Assembly: GCA_964016885.1 (NCBI GenBank)
Contig: OZ024746.1
Coordinates: 89,776,001 to 89,840,000 of the forward strand
Length of the DNA stretch: 64,000 nucleotides
Direction: 5' to 3'
Origin: Eledone cirrhosa
Taxonomy: Eukaryota
Under the pieces are notes generated by a model that did no database searches, was not told where the DNA came from, and saw only the letters and a program-made list of their open reading frames with translations. This document shows positions 30,633 through 43,741 of the stretch, one piece after another (the stretch's first letter is position 1; each line of letters begins with the position of its first letter). The translations under genes and the position numbers were made by a program.

Positions 30633-31415
30633 CATAGAGCTTAGAAAGCCATAGCTAAACAGAAAAAATGAATGGAATAACAACAACACCCACACAAACA
30701 ATACTGACTTAAGAGATATATAAATAAATAAATAAATATATATATACACAATCACAATAACAACAAACAGATATAAACACACACTAATAATCTAAGACAG
30801 AATACAATAACCAATACAGATTCACCCAAACGCGTAAACACACATCAAAACAATATACATACAGCCGCATGCGCAGAGACGAGGACAAACATAATTAAAT
30901 AAATAAATAGATAATATAAAAATGGCGTACACACTACAATACATACACTACAGCAGGGCAAACATGATAATAGCAGTACTGATGATGTTGTAGATGTGCA
31001 ACGAAAGCAATTTGTTAGACTGTATATATATATATTGATATCCGTATTTTTGACCGTTGTTCAGTCAAGTATAAACGTTGATGGCCAAATTAATTGACTA
31101 TGGAGATATAAAAGATACAGAAGCGAAAACCAACGAAACAATGAGTGTGTTCTGTCATTATTTCTGGCAATATTAGAAAGGGCGGTGGATTGGCAGTATC
31201 GGTAGAGGGTCGGACACCATGCTTTCCAGCATAGTTACGTCCCTTTACGATCTGAGTTCAAATCCCGCCGAGGTTGACTTTGCCTTTCATCCTTACGGGG
31301 TCGATAAAATAAAGTACCAGTAATGCACTGGGTAATTTCTGGCCTTGTGCCTAAAGTAGAAACAATTATTTCTGGCAATATTATTACAACAATATAACCC
31401 TCCCCAAATAAAACA
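30540..31415 (+). mobile_element. PLE 3' end (same family as 63390-63945), interrupted by a SINE
   Basis: Colinear with 63390-63945; HHR at 30974-31022: cagta-CTGATGA-t-gttgta/gatg/tgcaac-GAAA-gcaatttgt-TA-gactg. Confidence 0.8.
31176..31364 (+). mobile_element. full-length tRNA-derived SINE (OK-like, Meta-like central domain) with 19-nt TSD
   Basis: A-box TGGCAGTATCGG, B-box GAGTTCAAATCC, GCCTTTCATCCTTACGGGGTCGATAAAATAAAGTACCAG; attatttctggcaatatta at 31157-31175 and 31365-31383. Confidence 0.9.
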
Positions 31416-31439
31416 GTATATATACATAAATATATATAG

Positions 31440-31586
31440 AAGTGGTTACACAACAGTTAGTTCACCATACAGAGAAAAATTGTTTCACCTTAGCGAATCC
31501 TCAGCTCCAACAGAGAATCCGCTAATGTGACTGCCATGGACAGAGTGCTCTACCACTACGGATATTACCTTCCAGTGTTCTACCAC
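31440..31586. mobile_element. PLE terminus stub: inverted HHR joined to forward tail (family of 23924-24060)
   Basis: 31441-31507 matches 23992-24058 in the same orientation; 31533-31586 is the reverse complement of 23924-23976. Confidence 0.75.
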
Positions 31587-31590
31587 TATA

Positions 31591-31660
<70 letters not shown>

Positions 31661-32581
31661 TAACAGATAACATTTTAATCAAATAATCGCTGCTTTCACT
31701 CTTAATGGGATCTTCTGAAACTAAAAAGTAAATATTAGAAGTAAATATTTTGAAAAACGTTTTAAACCCTTCTCTCTCATATAAGAATGTAAATATAAAT
31801 ACTAGCACTATTATTGTGAATATAGCAAGCACATCTAAACCCCTATGTATAAACGGTTGTAATAGTAGAGTAAAAAGTAACTGACCTTTAAATGGAAATT
31901 GCTTAATTAATAATATAGTGTATAAATGTATAATTACCACTAATGATTCTAATCAATCCTATATTGGATCCACATCTAATCCGTTTACATCGAGATGTTA
32001 TGCGCACACTCACAGTTTTCGAAACGCAACATTAGCGGAAGCAGTTAATAATTGTAAAAAGAAGAAAATTAATTATAACCTAACTTGGAAGATTCTGAAA
32101 AGCACCATTTCTTATCAGGGCAATAGAAATGAGTGTGGACAATGTTCCCAAGAAATTTTTGAAATTACTAAATCGAAAGAGATTCAGGAATTAATTATCG
32201 CATGTAACCATAGAATTAGAAATACATTCAAGTAATATAAATACAACTAAACAAATAAATAAAAAATATATATAAAAGAATATATATATGTAGAAGTTAT
32301 ATTTAATTTGTTGGGATTCAACAAGCAAATATTTTTATAACTGATATAAAGCACTCAACAAATTATTGGAGTAAACATTGTAATTCCTTTTAAAATTATA
32401 ATCCTTTTTAAAATTATAATTCATATTTTATTTTATATTATGTATTTTGTATTTATATATATATGTATATATTTATATATATATATGTATATATATATGT
32501 ATGTATATATGTGTATGTCTATATATATGTATACATGTATGTATGTCTATGTATATGTATATATATCAAAATGTATAATTT

Positions 32582-32644
32582 GAATACATTCTATGAATGA
32601 ACCCGTATAAAAGGTTTTTAACGGTTTATGCTTTAGATGTATTC
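32582..32644 (+). promoter_or_regulatory. candidate (degenerate) eukaryotic SECIS element
   Basis: Helix I gaatacat/atgtattc; ATGA(32593)-N12-AA-N19-GC (canonical GA); helix II tgaacc(c)gt/acggttta. Confidence 0.5.
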
Positions 32645-33668
32645 TTATGAAAAACTTTAAACATTAAGAAGTTATAGTAAACAAACTTATATGTTAACAG
32701 TCACAACTGTATAACAGGTGGATTTATAAAATATATAAAATTTATAAAATTATAACTTACTATAAAATAATATAAGATTTTTTTATTATCTTAACTTTTT
32801 TTATCATCTTAACCTTTATAACATTTAATCCATAGAGCTATCTAAATTACAAATAAATCACTTAATTTCCTTCACGCTGTATTGCAATTACGACAAAGAG
32901 ATTATTCTTCGGTAAAACCTCTGAATTTCCATGGGTTTAGAAACATTCCTATATTTTAAACATAACATTTTTTTATTTTTATTATTTCTTCTTATTATTT
33001 TTTATTGATAATTAATTGAAAAATTAATAATTAATTGTTGGTTGAGGATTAATAATACATTTATATATGGTTATGTAATAATAACATATATTTTAATAAT
33101 ATTTTTTAATAATATATATATATATATATATCTTCTTTTAATAATATATAGATCTCAATTTTTAATTTTTAATTCATATATCTCAATAATTTAACTGACA
33201 TATTTAATTGATAAAATAAACATTTAATCAAATTTAAACATTAGATAAAATTCTCCGGTTATTATTATTTATTTATTTATCCACGCTTTATTTACTCCGC
33301 GTAATTCATCCACTATATATTTATTTTTTCGCTTCATCATCTCATAAATTACGTTAATACAACACTCTCTCACTTAGGGTTTTCTCTCTTTCTCTTTCTT
33401 TTGTTTTCCTTCTTTGGGTTTGCTCTATCATTTTCTTTTTCTTTTTCTTTTTCTTTTTCTTTTTCTTTTTCTTTTTCTTTTTCTTTTTCTTTTTTCCCTA
33501 TTCCAATGGCTTAATTTAAATGTACTGGGATTTAAACCTCTCCGACACTAATTTGCATAATAGACCAATAATAAAATTATTAACCCCACTATCCGGAGAG
33601 CTTCCAACCGACATGGTCGCATTCTTTAAAGGTATGTCAATATTTGTTTACAAAACTGATCTATATTA

Positions 33669-33733
33669 TATTTTATCTGATGAAAGCGCACCATAATTTG
33701 CTTTGGTGTCCTTGAAATATGTATAATGAAATA
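33669..33733 (+). ncRNA. type-I hammerhead ribozyme
   Basis: tattttat-CTGATGA-aagc-gcacca...tggtgt-cctt-GAAA-tatgta-TA-atgaaata. Confidence 0.8.
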
Positions 33734-33780
33734 AATATGGTTTTATAAATATAGTTTCCATCTGTTAATATATCGTAAAA

Positions 33781-33879
<99 letters not shown>

Positions 33880-34592
33880 TGTGTGTGTGTCTGTGTGTGT
33901 GTATATATATTTTGCTATTAGAATTAATCCATAGATTCAATCCTACATCTCAACTCTATAACTGTTTTAAATATTTAACTATTAATGAGCACTATATATT
34001 ACATTATATTCAACACTGTAACAAAACTTTAGCAGGCATGCATTTAAACCTATTAAGAAAACAAGATTATTAATGAGATTTCTTATTCGAAAATAAAATT
34101 CCCTACAGGTAAAACTTCATTCTGACCACTCTAACACAATACATTACTTACACAAATTTTATTATTTTCTTACCTATATATTTTTTTATCTAAATTTTAC
34201 TTTCCTTTGGTTGAATCTATATTTGGTTCATGTATATTCCTCTACTTGTTCTATTTTTAGAACAAATTATTCCTCTTGAACAAAGAAATAACAAATATTT
34301 AGGATTGTACAATACTATTCTACTCGATATAACAAACTGATATCTGCAGCCCTTTTCCTCCAACTTTAATCTTCCTTGACCGTCCACACTTTTCTATACA
34401 ATCTGTGTAAATTCCTTTACAATTCTTAAAGGTCATTCGATACCTGATCCCCTGACTGCTAATGTATTCATCTACTAGTTCCAGCTTAACGATTTATATT
34501 GCCCCTTCCTATTTTTACTATTGGTCAATCTCAAACTTGTTCTTAACAGGTTACTTATTCATACACGTTTTTATATTCTTCAATAAATAAAA

Positions 34593-34732
34593 CTCTTATT
34601 TCTGAAGACGGTGGGTAGGGAATACGTATGTATATTTTCTTACTTTGATAATTTTTAATATATTTTACATATATCACTAATAGAAGGAAAATACGGAGAA
34701 CTACCCTCCAGACACGATCGTAAAATAATGAG
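34593..34732 (+). ncRNA. hammerhead with ~100-nt helix II, GAAA changed to GACA
   Basis: ctcttattt-CTGAAGA-cggtgggtag...ctaccctcca-GACA-cgatcg-TA-aaataatgag. Confidence 0.65.
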
Positions 34733-34793
34733 TTTTACTATGAATTACCAGTATTTTGTTTAATTTCATTGTTTCCACTATTTGTATTATATA

Positions 34794-35808
34794 CAGGGCG
34801 GAACATAAACACTGTTACAAATAAAATGCAAATAGTTCTTGAAAAAAAAACAACGCTCCTTCTTACTGATCCATGAAGGACAATGATCTCTACACCACTG
34901 TTGTGTTACTCAAGCAGCGTGGCTCGTCAGTCCATCTTGTTGGAGAGTCCAAATGTCATGCCATAAACAGATATGCACCATGGCATCAGTGCTCTTTCCA
35001 AAATATCCTTTCAGCATAGTTCTTTGTTAATTTTAACTCATTGAATCACAAACATCAGAGGAGACTTCCCTCTTTCAGAAATGGCTGCCGAAACCATCAC
35101 TGATGCTGGTTTCTGTGTTCTGAACACTTTTCCTACACATGAAGGAATTGATTTGAGATTTTTTGCAAGTACTCGATCATTTTCATGATTGTGAGACTGC
35201 TGCACAATGAACAACGTCTCATCTGTAAAGATGATGTTTTGCAGCCTGCCATCCTTGATACGATTCAATAACAGTTTACTTCTGGAGCGCCTCTTTTCAA
35301 TTGTGGCTGCAGAAAAAAAAGCTGCCCGTTTTGCAACCTATAGGCTGACATCCCCAGATCATCTCGATATATGCTCCGCATAGTTCTCGGCGATGTTTCT
35401 GCTTCTTCTGCAATTTTTCTCATGGATCTTCTTGGATTACGCCTTATTTTATCCCTCACACTTTTAAAGGGTTTTGGTGTTCTTGAGGTGCGAGGACGTC
35501 CGGATTGAGGTCTGTCTTCGGCCGAGGAAGTTTCCTCAAATCGATCGATTGTCCTTTTGATCAACATTCTATTGATCTTAAGAATTTTCCCCCGTTTAAA
35601 TATCTTGGGTGGAGCCAGGCCTTTTTCATGCTTCTCTATAATGAATTTTCTTTTCAATTCTATGAACATTGCAAATTGTTAATGGAGTAATGTTCTGAAA
35701 AATAGTTAATAGCGCATGGATTTGATACAAATATATTAGTTATAGTAGCAATATAATGTATTTTTAAATTGATTTAAAACTTTGTAACAGGAATTATGCC
35801 CGACCCTG
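34794..35808 (-). mobile_element. maT (DD37D-like) Tc1/mariner DNA transposon, frameshifted and internally deleted
   Basis: ~28-bp TIRs CAGGGCGGAACATAAACACTGTTACAAA and its diverged mirror, each flanked by TA; transposase DRPQSGRPRT, IIFTDETLF..HNHENDRV, KPASVMVSAAI, WTLQQDG; third D missing. Confidence 0.9.
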
Positions 35809-35828
35809 TATATATATATATATATATA

Positions 35829-36147
35829 GATTTTGAGTTTATGTTGGTTGTATACCAACACCTCAGTATGCAGGCTGGAGCACTCGACGAAGTGCGCAGG
35901 TTGGTTTGGTTACTCCGGAGTAGTGTAAAATAAAGTTAAATAAAAGTCAAATGATTAAAATTTAGCTTCGTTTATTACTGCTATATATATTTCAGTGACA
36001 GCAATCTTTGGCTGTGACCTCTTCAGGCAGTTTGAATTACTAATTCAAACTGCCTGAAGAGGTCACAGCCAAAGATGGCTGTCACTGAAATATATATAGC
36101 AGTAATAAACGAAGCTAAATTTTAATCATTTGACTTTTATTTAACTT

Positions 36148-36154
<7 letters not shown>
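35829..36154. ncRNA. head-to-head hammerhead palindrome (35926-36154) plus minus-strand tail
   Basis: actgc-CTGAAGA-ggtc-acagcc/aaagat/ggctgt-cact-GAAA-tatata-TA-gcagt at 36049-36103, mirrored about 36040. Confidence 0.85.
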
Positions 36155-36191
<37 letters not shown>

Positions 36192-36325
36192 CCATCAATG
36201 ATAGATGGAGATAGGAGAGGAGAGATTGGTGAATTAGTTAGAAGCCAAAGCGTAAAGGCATGTGCTCAATGTGCAATATTGCAGTGGGAAGCAGCTAGGT
36301 GGCTGGGTTCATGCAGAGCTGGAAA

Positions 36326-37307
36326 TATTCATTAGTTAAGCAAAACAAGACCACAAATTTCACAAGGAAGACATTATTAAAAGATTGTCAACATATTTCA
36401 GGTTGATGTAAGGAATTTAGAGAATAATAATAATATTAATATTAATAACCCCGTTTACAATTGTTTCGCTACTCCATATAATATTTCTGGATCAAATGAT
36501 TATATATCATTATTGATCTAGTTCAGTTGAAAATAATTCACATAGGTAAAGATAGAGCAGCTCATCGGAACTTCAAAATAATATAAATTAAAATAAGGAA
36601 ACAATGTTACATAAATGTAATGTTCCATATATTGGTATTTCCCTATCGTGTCCTGGGTAATTCAATTTGACCCAACATAGTCATCTAGCCCCATTTTTAC
36701 TTGTAGCTAATAAGTTAAATAACTATAACTAACTTAGATAATTATAAGTTGCCTCCCTTACATTGTCTCTCAATTAAAACATAAAAAAATTAGCACTTAA
36801 CTATAAACTACGCACAATTTCTAATATCTCGCGGAGTTACGTCCCTTGAAACCACCCTCTAATTAGAAAGCTAAATATGTCCATTGGCGGCCATCTTGTT
36901 ACCCATAGGTAGATCTCACACAATGCAGCCTCGACAGAAGAATACTGCTCGACTATGGCAGACAATTGATTACACAGGACACCATAGTGAAATACCAATA
37001 TATGGAACATTACATTTATGTAACATTCTTTCCTCATTTTAATTTATATTCCTTTGAAGTTCCGATGAGCTGCTCTATCTTTACCTATGTGAATTATTTT
37101 CAACTGAACCAGATCAATAATGGTATATAATCATTTGATCCAGAAATATTACTTGGAGTAGCGAAACAATTGTAAACGGACATTATTATTATTAATATTA
37201 TTATTATTATTCTCTAAATTCCTTACATCAAACTAAAATATGTTGACAATCTTTTAATAATGTCTTCCTTGTGAAATGTGTGGTCTTTTTTGCTTAACTA
37301 ATCAATA
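36326..37307. repeat. ~340-bp inverted pLTR pair, each arm with an HHR
   Basis: 36326-36668 versus 36963-37307; gtt-CCGATGA-gctgctc-(~80 nt)-gagtagc-GAAA-caattg-TA-aac at 37059-37177. Confidence 0.8.
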
Positions 37308-37615
37308 TATATATATATATATATATATTATGATTGTTCCCTGAAATAGCGACGTATACATGAATGTATGTATAGTATATTTGACAATATAACGAGCGTT
37401 TAATTAAAAACATTTAGAAGATCATATTCTATCGGTTTTAAAGTAGTGAATATGTCACTTACTTCTTTTTGGCGAAAGAAGGGAGAGAAGCTAACATTGT
37501 GTTTCACGCTAGTTGGCTAAATATACGGTATATAATCAAATATACTATACATATATATATATATCAAAATACATACATACACACACACCCACATACGCAC
37601 ACGCACACACATACA

Positions 37616-37709
<94 letters not shown>

Positions 37710-38129
37710 CATATATACATAGTTTTCATTGCAGTGTACCAATATGCAATTTCTTCCGTGCTTTACGCAATTACCCAACGGATCTTTTGCAATATTTGTT
37801 AATATCAGGTACTATTAGATATCCAATTACACAGAAGGGAATGACTTATTTGTGTATAACGTTAGTAGCTTCAGGATTTCTCGAACGACAGCAGGTTAAG
37901 TTTCAATTATTAAAACACTATATTAAGATGAACGAATATAGCGTAACATCCTCATATGATCGAATGAGTGATTGTGCAAATTACCGAAACACCTGTAGTA
38001 TAACATAACAGTAATAGTGTAGTTATTGTAACAACGGAATTCTGAATTTATAAATGAATAGGGATGTTTTTATATATGTAAGTCGTATTCAATTGGAAGC
38101 GAATCATTCGCTGGAACAATATGCTTTAT

Positions 38130-38197
<68 letters not shown>

Positions 38198-38201
<4 letters not shown>

Positions 38202-38582
38202 AAAGGAATTCCAACTTTGTCTGATTTACTCGTTTTATTTACAATCCTTTAAAATTTATAATTTTATTATAATGAAATAGTATGATAGAATATTAAATGT
38301 TAAATGTTAATTGAACAAGTACTTTCATGCTTTCGAAATCTTCAGGTTCATAATGTGTGGTGACAGTCAAGTTTGCAATTTTACAAGTATGACAGTTGAA
38401 AATTGCAAACTTGACTGTCACCATATAATATGAACCTGAAGATTGGGAAAGCATGAAAGTACTTTTTCAATTAACACTTAACATTTAATATTCTATCATA
38501 CTATTTCATTATAATAAAATTATAAATTTTAACGGATTGTAAATAAAACGAGTAAATCAGACAAAGTTGGAATTCCTTTTAT
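38198..38582. repeat. fold-back (~180-bp arms) carrying minimal HHRs
   Basis: Minus 38312-38350: tgaac-CTGAAGA-tttcgaaagcat-GAAA-gtac-TT-gttca; plus mirror 38431-38469. Confidence 0.8.
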
Positions 38583-38628
38583 TAATATAATCTTCTATAC
38601 ACAATCATACACACCCGTGTATATTTAT

Positions 38629-38660
<32 letters not shown>

Positions 38661-38687
38661 ATATATATATATATAAGAGAGGGAGTG

Positions 38688-38748
<61 letters not shown>

Positions 38749-38872
38749 TGGATAGATAGATTATTTGAGAATGAGAGAGAGAGAGGGGACGGGAAATAGG
38801 TAGCGAGAAAGTGACAAATAATCGAAAGTATGCGTGCGCATATCTAAATGCACATACGGACACACAGAGACA

Positions 38873-38932
<60 letters not shown>

Positions 38933-40123
38933 CATACATATGCACCCATACACACATATATATACATATATATCTGTGTGGATGTTTGTTTGCGTTTGTG
39001 TGTAGGGGTGCATGTGTATGTAACCATATGAGCTATAGCAATTCAATATTTGTATGTAACCATATGAGCTATAGCAAATCTATATTTGAGCCTATGAATA
39101 AAAGAATAAAAGAAATGTCACTAGAGTTTGTTGAGTGAATAGACAAATCATCTAAATTTCCAGGAAAATATACATTGATTTAGATAGTATATTAACAGCA
39201 TTCTATAAAATAATTGACAAAATATTCTAACGTATTTGTACCAGGTTTGGAATGTTACGGTCGTCAAATTTGCATACGGTTCTTCTGAAATCAATAATTA
39301 ATGTACAGTGATTTGACAGACGTTGTTCTGAGTGCGAGTGCGTTGATGCTGTAAAGATATTTGTCGAGATGAGAAAAAATAATTTCATATGCAATTGCTC
39401 GTTCTTCAGCCTGGTATGCAAATATCCAGATTCATGATTAATATTGACTCTTATTTATATACTGTTATTTATATACTTTTTATTATTTTCAAGAATGAAG
39501 TAGATACATTTCATTGTCTCTTGGTTGATAGACAAATCGCAAAGTTAGATTCAACTCCTTGTATCATATATAACGTATTGGTCTATGCGGTTCTCTAGTT
39601 GATAGCATAAAACCAATCACACAATTTCTATTATATCCTTCATATTTAACCATTTATATGATTTTAACCCCACATTTTCAATATATATGTCATTAATGAA
39701 TCCATTTTGTTTAGTATCGCTCGCTTATGAGATAGCAGGTATTCGAAATGACTTGGCTACCACGTTCTTCTGTGAAATCGAGAAAAAGGCTTCACAACCG
39801 AGGTGGAAATTCTAAAGCAGCATAAAACGCATGCTTATTACCTTTGCAAAGCTTTCGTCACGCGATGTTCCTCTTTTTTATCTGTTATTTTGTTATCATT
39901 CACTTAGACTGTGATTTATGAATTGAAATAAAAAAGGTTTTAATTCTTGAAATAAAATATGTTTACTCCAGAAATGCAAATATTCGATGCTCTAGAAATA
40001 GAAAGAAATATGGCAATATTTGTCTGAAGCGATATGTTAATTCGTAAGGATTTGCGACAGATGTCGACGTATTTGTTTATGTAAATCATTCGTAATATGA
40101 GACAATCTCTGATTAGGAGGCGT

Positions 40124-40259
40124 AATGTGTTTTATTACTAAAAATTATAAATAATATTATTTCAAGCATATTTAAAATTAATTGTTATTGTACAATAACA
40201 ATTAATTTTAAATATGCTTGAAATAATATTATTTATAATTTTTAGCAATAAAACACATT
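40124..40259. repeat. near-perfect ~136-bp palindrome
   Basis: Centre 40191/40192 (ttgtacaa); contains GAAA-taatatta-TT, resembling an HHR 3' half. Confidence 0.8.
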
Positions 40260-41399
40260 CACTTTGAATCGATTTGTAACGTCAATATTATTGCAATACC
40301 CGAATAAAAACCAATTTTGTAAATATATTTTCTTTTCGGTTAGTAGTTCTTTTTACACATGATCATTTTAACTATTTTGTGGGAGAATATTATTAAAAGG
40401 ACGTAAGTGAAAAATGATGGTTAGGTGATTGAATGGTGACTATTGACATCCTGATATACTCACATCCGGAATTAAACACTTGACATGCACACTAACGTAT
40501 AAGCACACATGCAATACATGTATTATAGAGGCTATAATGTTAAACTTCTACAAGTTATGCATTTACATGCAAACAAACATTACTCAAGGCAACTCACTCA
40601 AGTGTACACAATCAACAGCCTATATGAAGAGAGGAAATGTTTGTTTAATATATTGTGTTCTGTTTTGACAAGAAGGAAACATAAGTGCCCAAGTCTCCAA
40701 AGAATGTGGCGAACTGGTGAGGGGAAGGTCAAATGTAACTAAAGCACAATGGCTTGTACCAAAGTAAGATCATCTAAGAAATCACAGAGATAGATATGTG
40801 GTGTTTAACTGGATGGCAGTTTAAACCTAGTACATAAAAGCACAACTGTTCATGCTAACATACACTCAAGCATGCTCTCACACCCAATAAATCTAATAGA
40901 GCAAGCATATGACAAAACCAGTGAAAGAACCACGAAAACATTCAACACAGCGAAAGAGAGATTTGTTGTATACACTAAGTATACCAGAACTGATAATAAT
41001 TGCAAGGCACAAATCTAAACTGTCAGTTATAAGACATCAGAGAGAAATACTAAGTCAAATGGTCTCCAGACAAAAGACTAGCGTATCAAGATGCAGGATG
41101 CAACACAAAACAAACTATGAATTAAATTGGTAAATCATATTAAAAAAATCGTTACACTATGTAAATAAATAATCTCAACTCCTAACTATCTCAGAAATAT
41201 CGAGTGTACCAGGACGTAAGAGTGGTATCACAGAATATTGTTGTAATCTAATATAAACTTAATATTTTCTTGAAAAAGATAAAGTTGGTGACAAATCAAT
41301 AGTCCGAACTAAGACAAACCCTTCGCCCACAAAATGAAAAGAATGATGCAGTACATGATATTTTCTATTCTTTATCTATCTTTCAACTCCATAATAAAA

Positions 41400-41717
41400 A
41401 ATAATTGTTTCTAGATTTTAGGCACAAGGCCAGCAATTACCCAGTACATTACTGCTACTTTATTTTATCGACCCCGTAAGGATAAAAGGCAATGTTAACC
41501 TCGGCGGGATTTGAATTCAGACCATAAATAATTGTTTCTACTTTAGGCACAAGGCCAGCAATTACCCAGTGCATTACTGGTACTTTATTTTATCGACCCT
41601 GTAAGGATGAATGGCAAATTCATCCTCGGCGGGATTTGAACTCTGATCGTAAAGGGACGTAACTATGCTGGAAAGCATGGCGTCCGACTCTCTACCGATA
41701 CTGCCAATCCACTGCCA
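41400..41717 (-). mobile_element. tandem OK-like SINEs (truncated 41400-41526, near full-length 41528-41717)
   Basis: Two head-to-tail family matches; the second includes the tRNA head. Confidence 0.88.
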
Positions 41718-42605
41718 AAAAATAATGTGAACCATTGGCAAACGCCAAATACACAGTCGAATATAGTGCTATTAGAATTATATAAACCGAGAAAGAAAGG
41801 AAAGTCGCTATTGTGGTTACCTCATACTAAGCACAACCTATATTAGATTATAAGGATTTCGAAAATGAATCCAATACAAACCTATATTAGATGACACAGA
41901 TTTCGAATATTAATCCAATACAAACATGTTAGAAAAAATGGGAATAGTTAGTACATTATGAATCTGTATTGACATGTTTGACAGATAAAGAGGCGGTTTG
42001 TATAATGAACTTCAAATATAAAATAAGAGGTTTTACAGATGAACATAAAAATAAACATATAAGCAAAATATTAAAGAAATCAGAATCGAAATGCATCGTA
42101 TTACCTGCAGCACAATTCCTGAAAATGAAAATTAATTTCTAAACGCATAGATTAAGCAATTTCACACATATTTTTTAACGCATTTTTAAAAAAGTATCTT
42201 CCCGGCAATTTCACAGAAATAATAAATTGAGACAGCAATTATTTGTTCGTTAGATCTGGTTAATTTATGCACACACATCCCATACAATTGTGGAATAATT
42301 TCTATTTAGCATGGATCTTGCACGTACCAATTTTATTACAGAACCGCATAGAAAGAAATTCTGTAATTGAAGATCACAGAGAACTTCTGTAAAAAAATAA
42401 TTTGTTTGATATATAATAATTTTGAAAATCTCCCTTTCTCCAGGCAACGTTTATTCAGTCCATAGTTGTATTTTCCCGATTTTCTAAGCTTATGTCCATG
42501 AACGGTAATCTTCAGCATTGGGATAAATATTAATTGTAAAGAATTTCAAATTACCTTTAGCGTCGATAATTTCTATAAAAATTACATATATATGTATCTA
42601 TATAT

Positions 42606-43430
42606 ATAAATGGAAAAAATGAAATTTCATTTCTCACACTTAGTACGACTGATACTTAAATATAAGTATGTATACGTACATACACATATGTATACAGACG
42701 TACAGTAGAATGTATATACAATCATACATGCACACATATATATGTATGTACGTATGGGTTTACCGAACATTTATTATAATGCTCGTTTTTTTTGTAAACA
42801 AACAGCCCGAATTATAAGCCGTACAGTGTTCAGCAACCATCGTTGCCATTTTGTTCAACACTGACAAAGGAACGATGAAATAGTTTCTAGCTTATTAGCT
42901 GTCATCAGCACCGAATACCTTCCTGTCAGTCAATTGAATGTTTGAAAGTATATACTTTCCTTATGTATATTAACGGCTGAGCAGCATAATTTACATATCG
43001 GGTGATTTAGTCGACCGGGCGTACAGAAAACGATAAATGGAAAAAATGAAATTTCATTTCTCACACTTCGTACGGCTGATACTTAAATATAAATATGTAT
43101 ACGTTCATACATATATGTATACCGATGTACAGTAGTATGTATATACATACATACACGCACACATATATATGTATGTATGGGTTTACCGAACATTTATTAT
43201 AATGCTTGGTTTGTTTGTAAACAAATAGACCGAAATATTAGCCGTACAGTGTTCGGCAACAATCGTTGCCATTTTGTTTAACACTGACAAAGGAACGATG
43301 AAATAGTTTCTAGCTTATTAGCTGTAATCAGCACCGTATACCTTCCTGTCAGTCAATTGAACGTTTGAAAGTATATACTTTCCTTATGCATATTAACGGC
43401 TGAGCAGCCTAATTTGCATATCGAGTGATT
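42606..43430. repeat. tandem duplication, period ~427 bp
   Basis: ataaatggaaaaaatgaaatttcatttctcacactt... starts at 42606 and 43033 and stays colinear with scattered mismatches. Confidence 0.9.
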
Positions 43431-43459
43431 TGTAGTATGTATATACATACATACATGAA

Positions 43460-43667
43460 CAATCTTCCCATATATGTATGTGCCCCATGAAATGTTCGGG
43501 CTACTTCTTTATCAGGCTAAAAATTCTAATTTAGTCCAGAAATAGCCTCGAAGCGGCTTGAGCTCTGTCACGGGGTCATACATTTTCATATTACCCACTC
43601 TACTATCCTAAATATTGAGTACTCTGGTGTGTTATGGTCCATCTGTTTCCTTACAATAACTCCTTCG

Positions 43668-43668
<1 letters not shown>
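43460..43668 (+). mobile_element. PLE 3' stub (29900-30124 family) with degenerate HHR
   Basis: caggctaaaaattctaatttagtccagaaatagcc...attgagtactctggtgtgttatggtcc, then (TA)n. Confidence 0.8.

Positions 43669-43741
<73 letters not shown>

Larger units (their letters stand above)
31720..33780 (+). mobile_element. 5'-truncated Naiad-like Penelope element with in-frame TGA
   Basis: GCNSRVKSN*PLNGNCLINNIVYKC..YIGSTS..YNLTWKIL..CGQCSQE..ACNH; long AT-rich UTR; HHR at 33669-33733. Confidence 0.85.

Noticed and set aside
31176-31270. tRNA gene
   Set aside because: A/B boxes are present but it is a SINE head with extended spacing and no cloverleaf.
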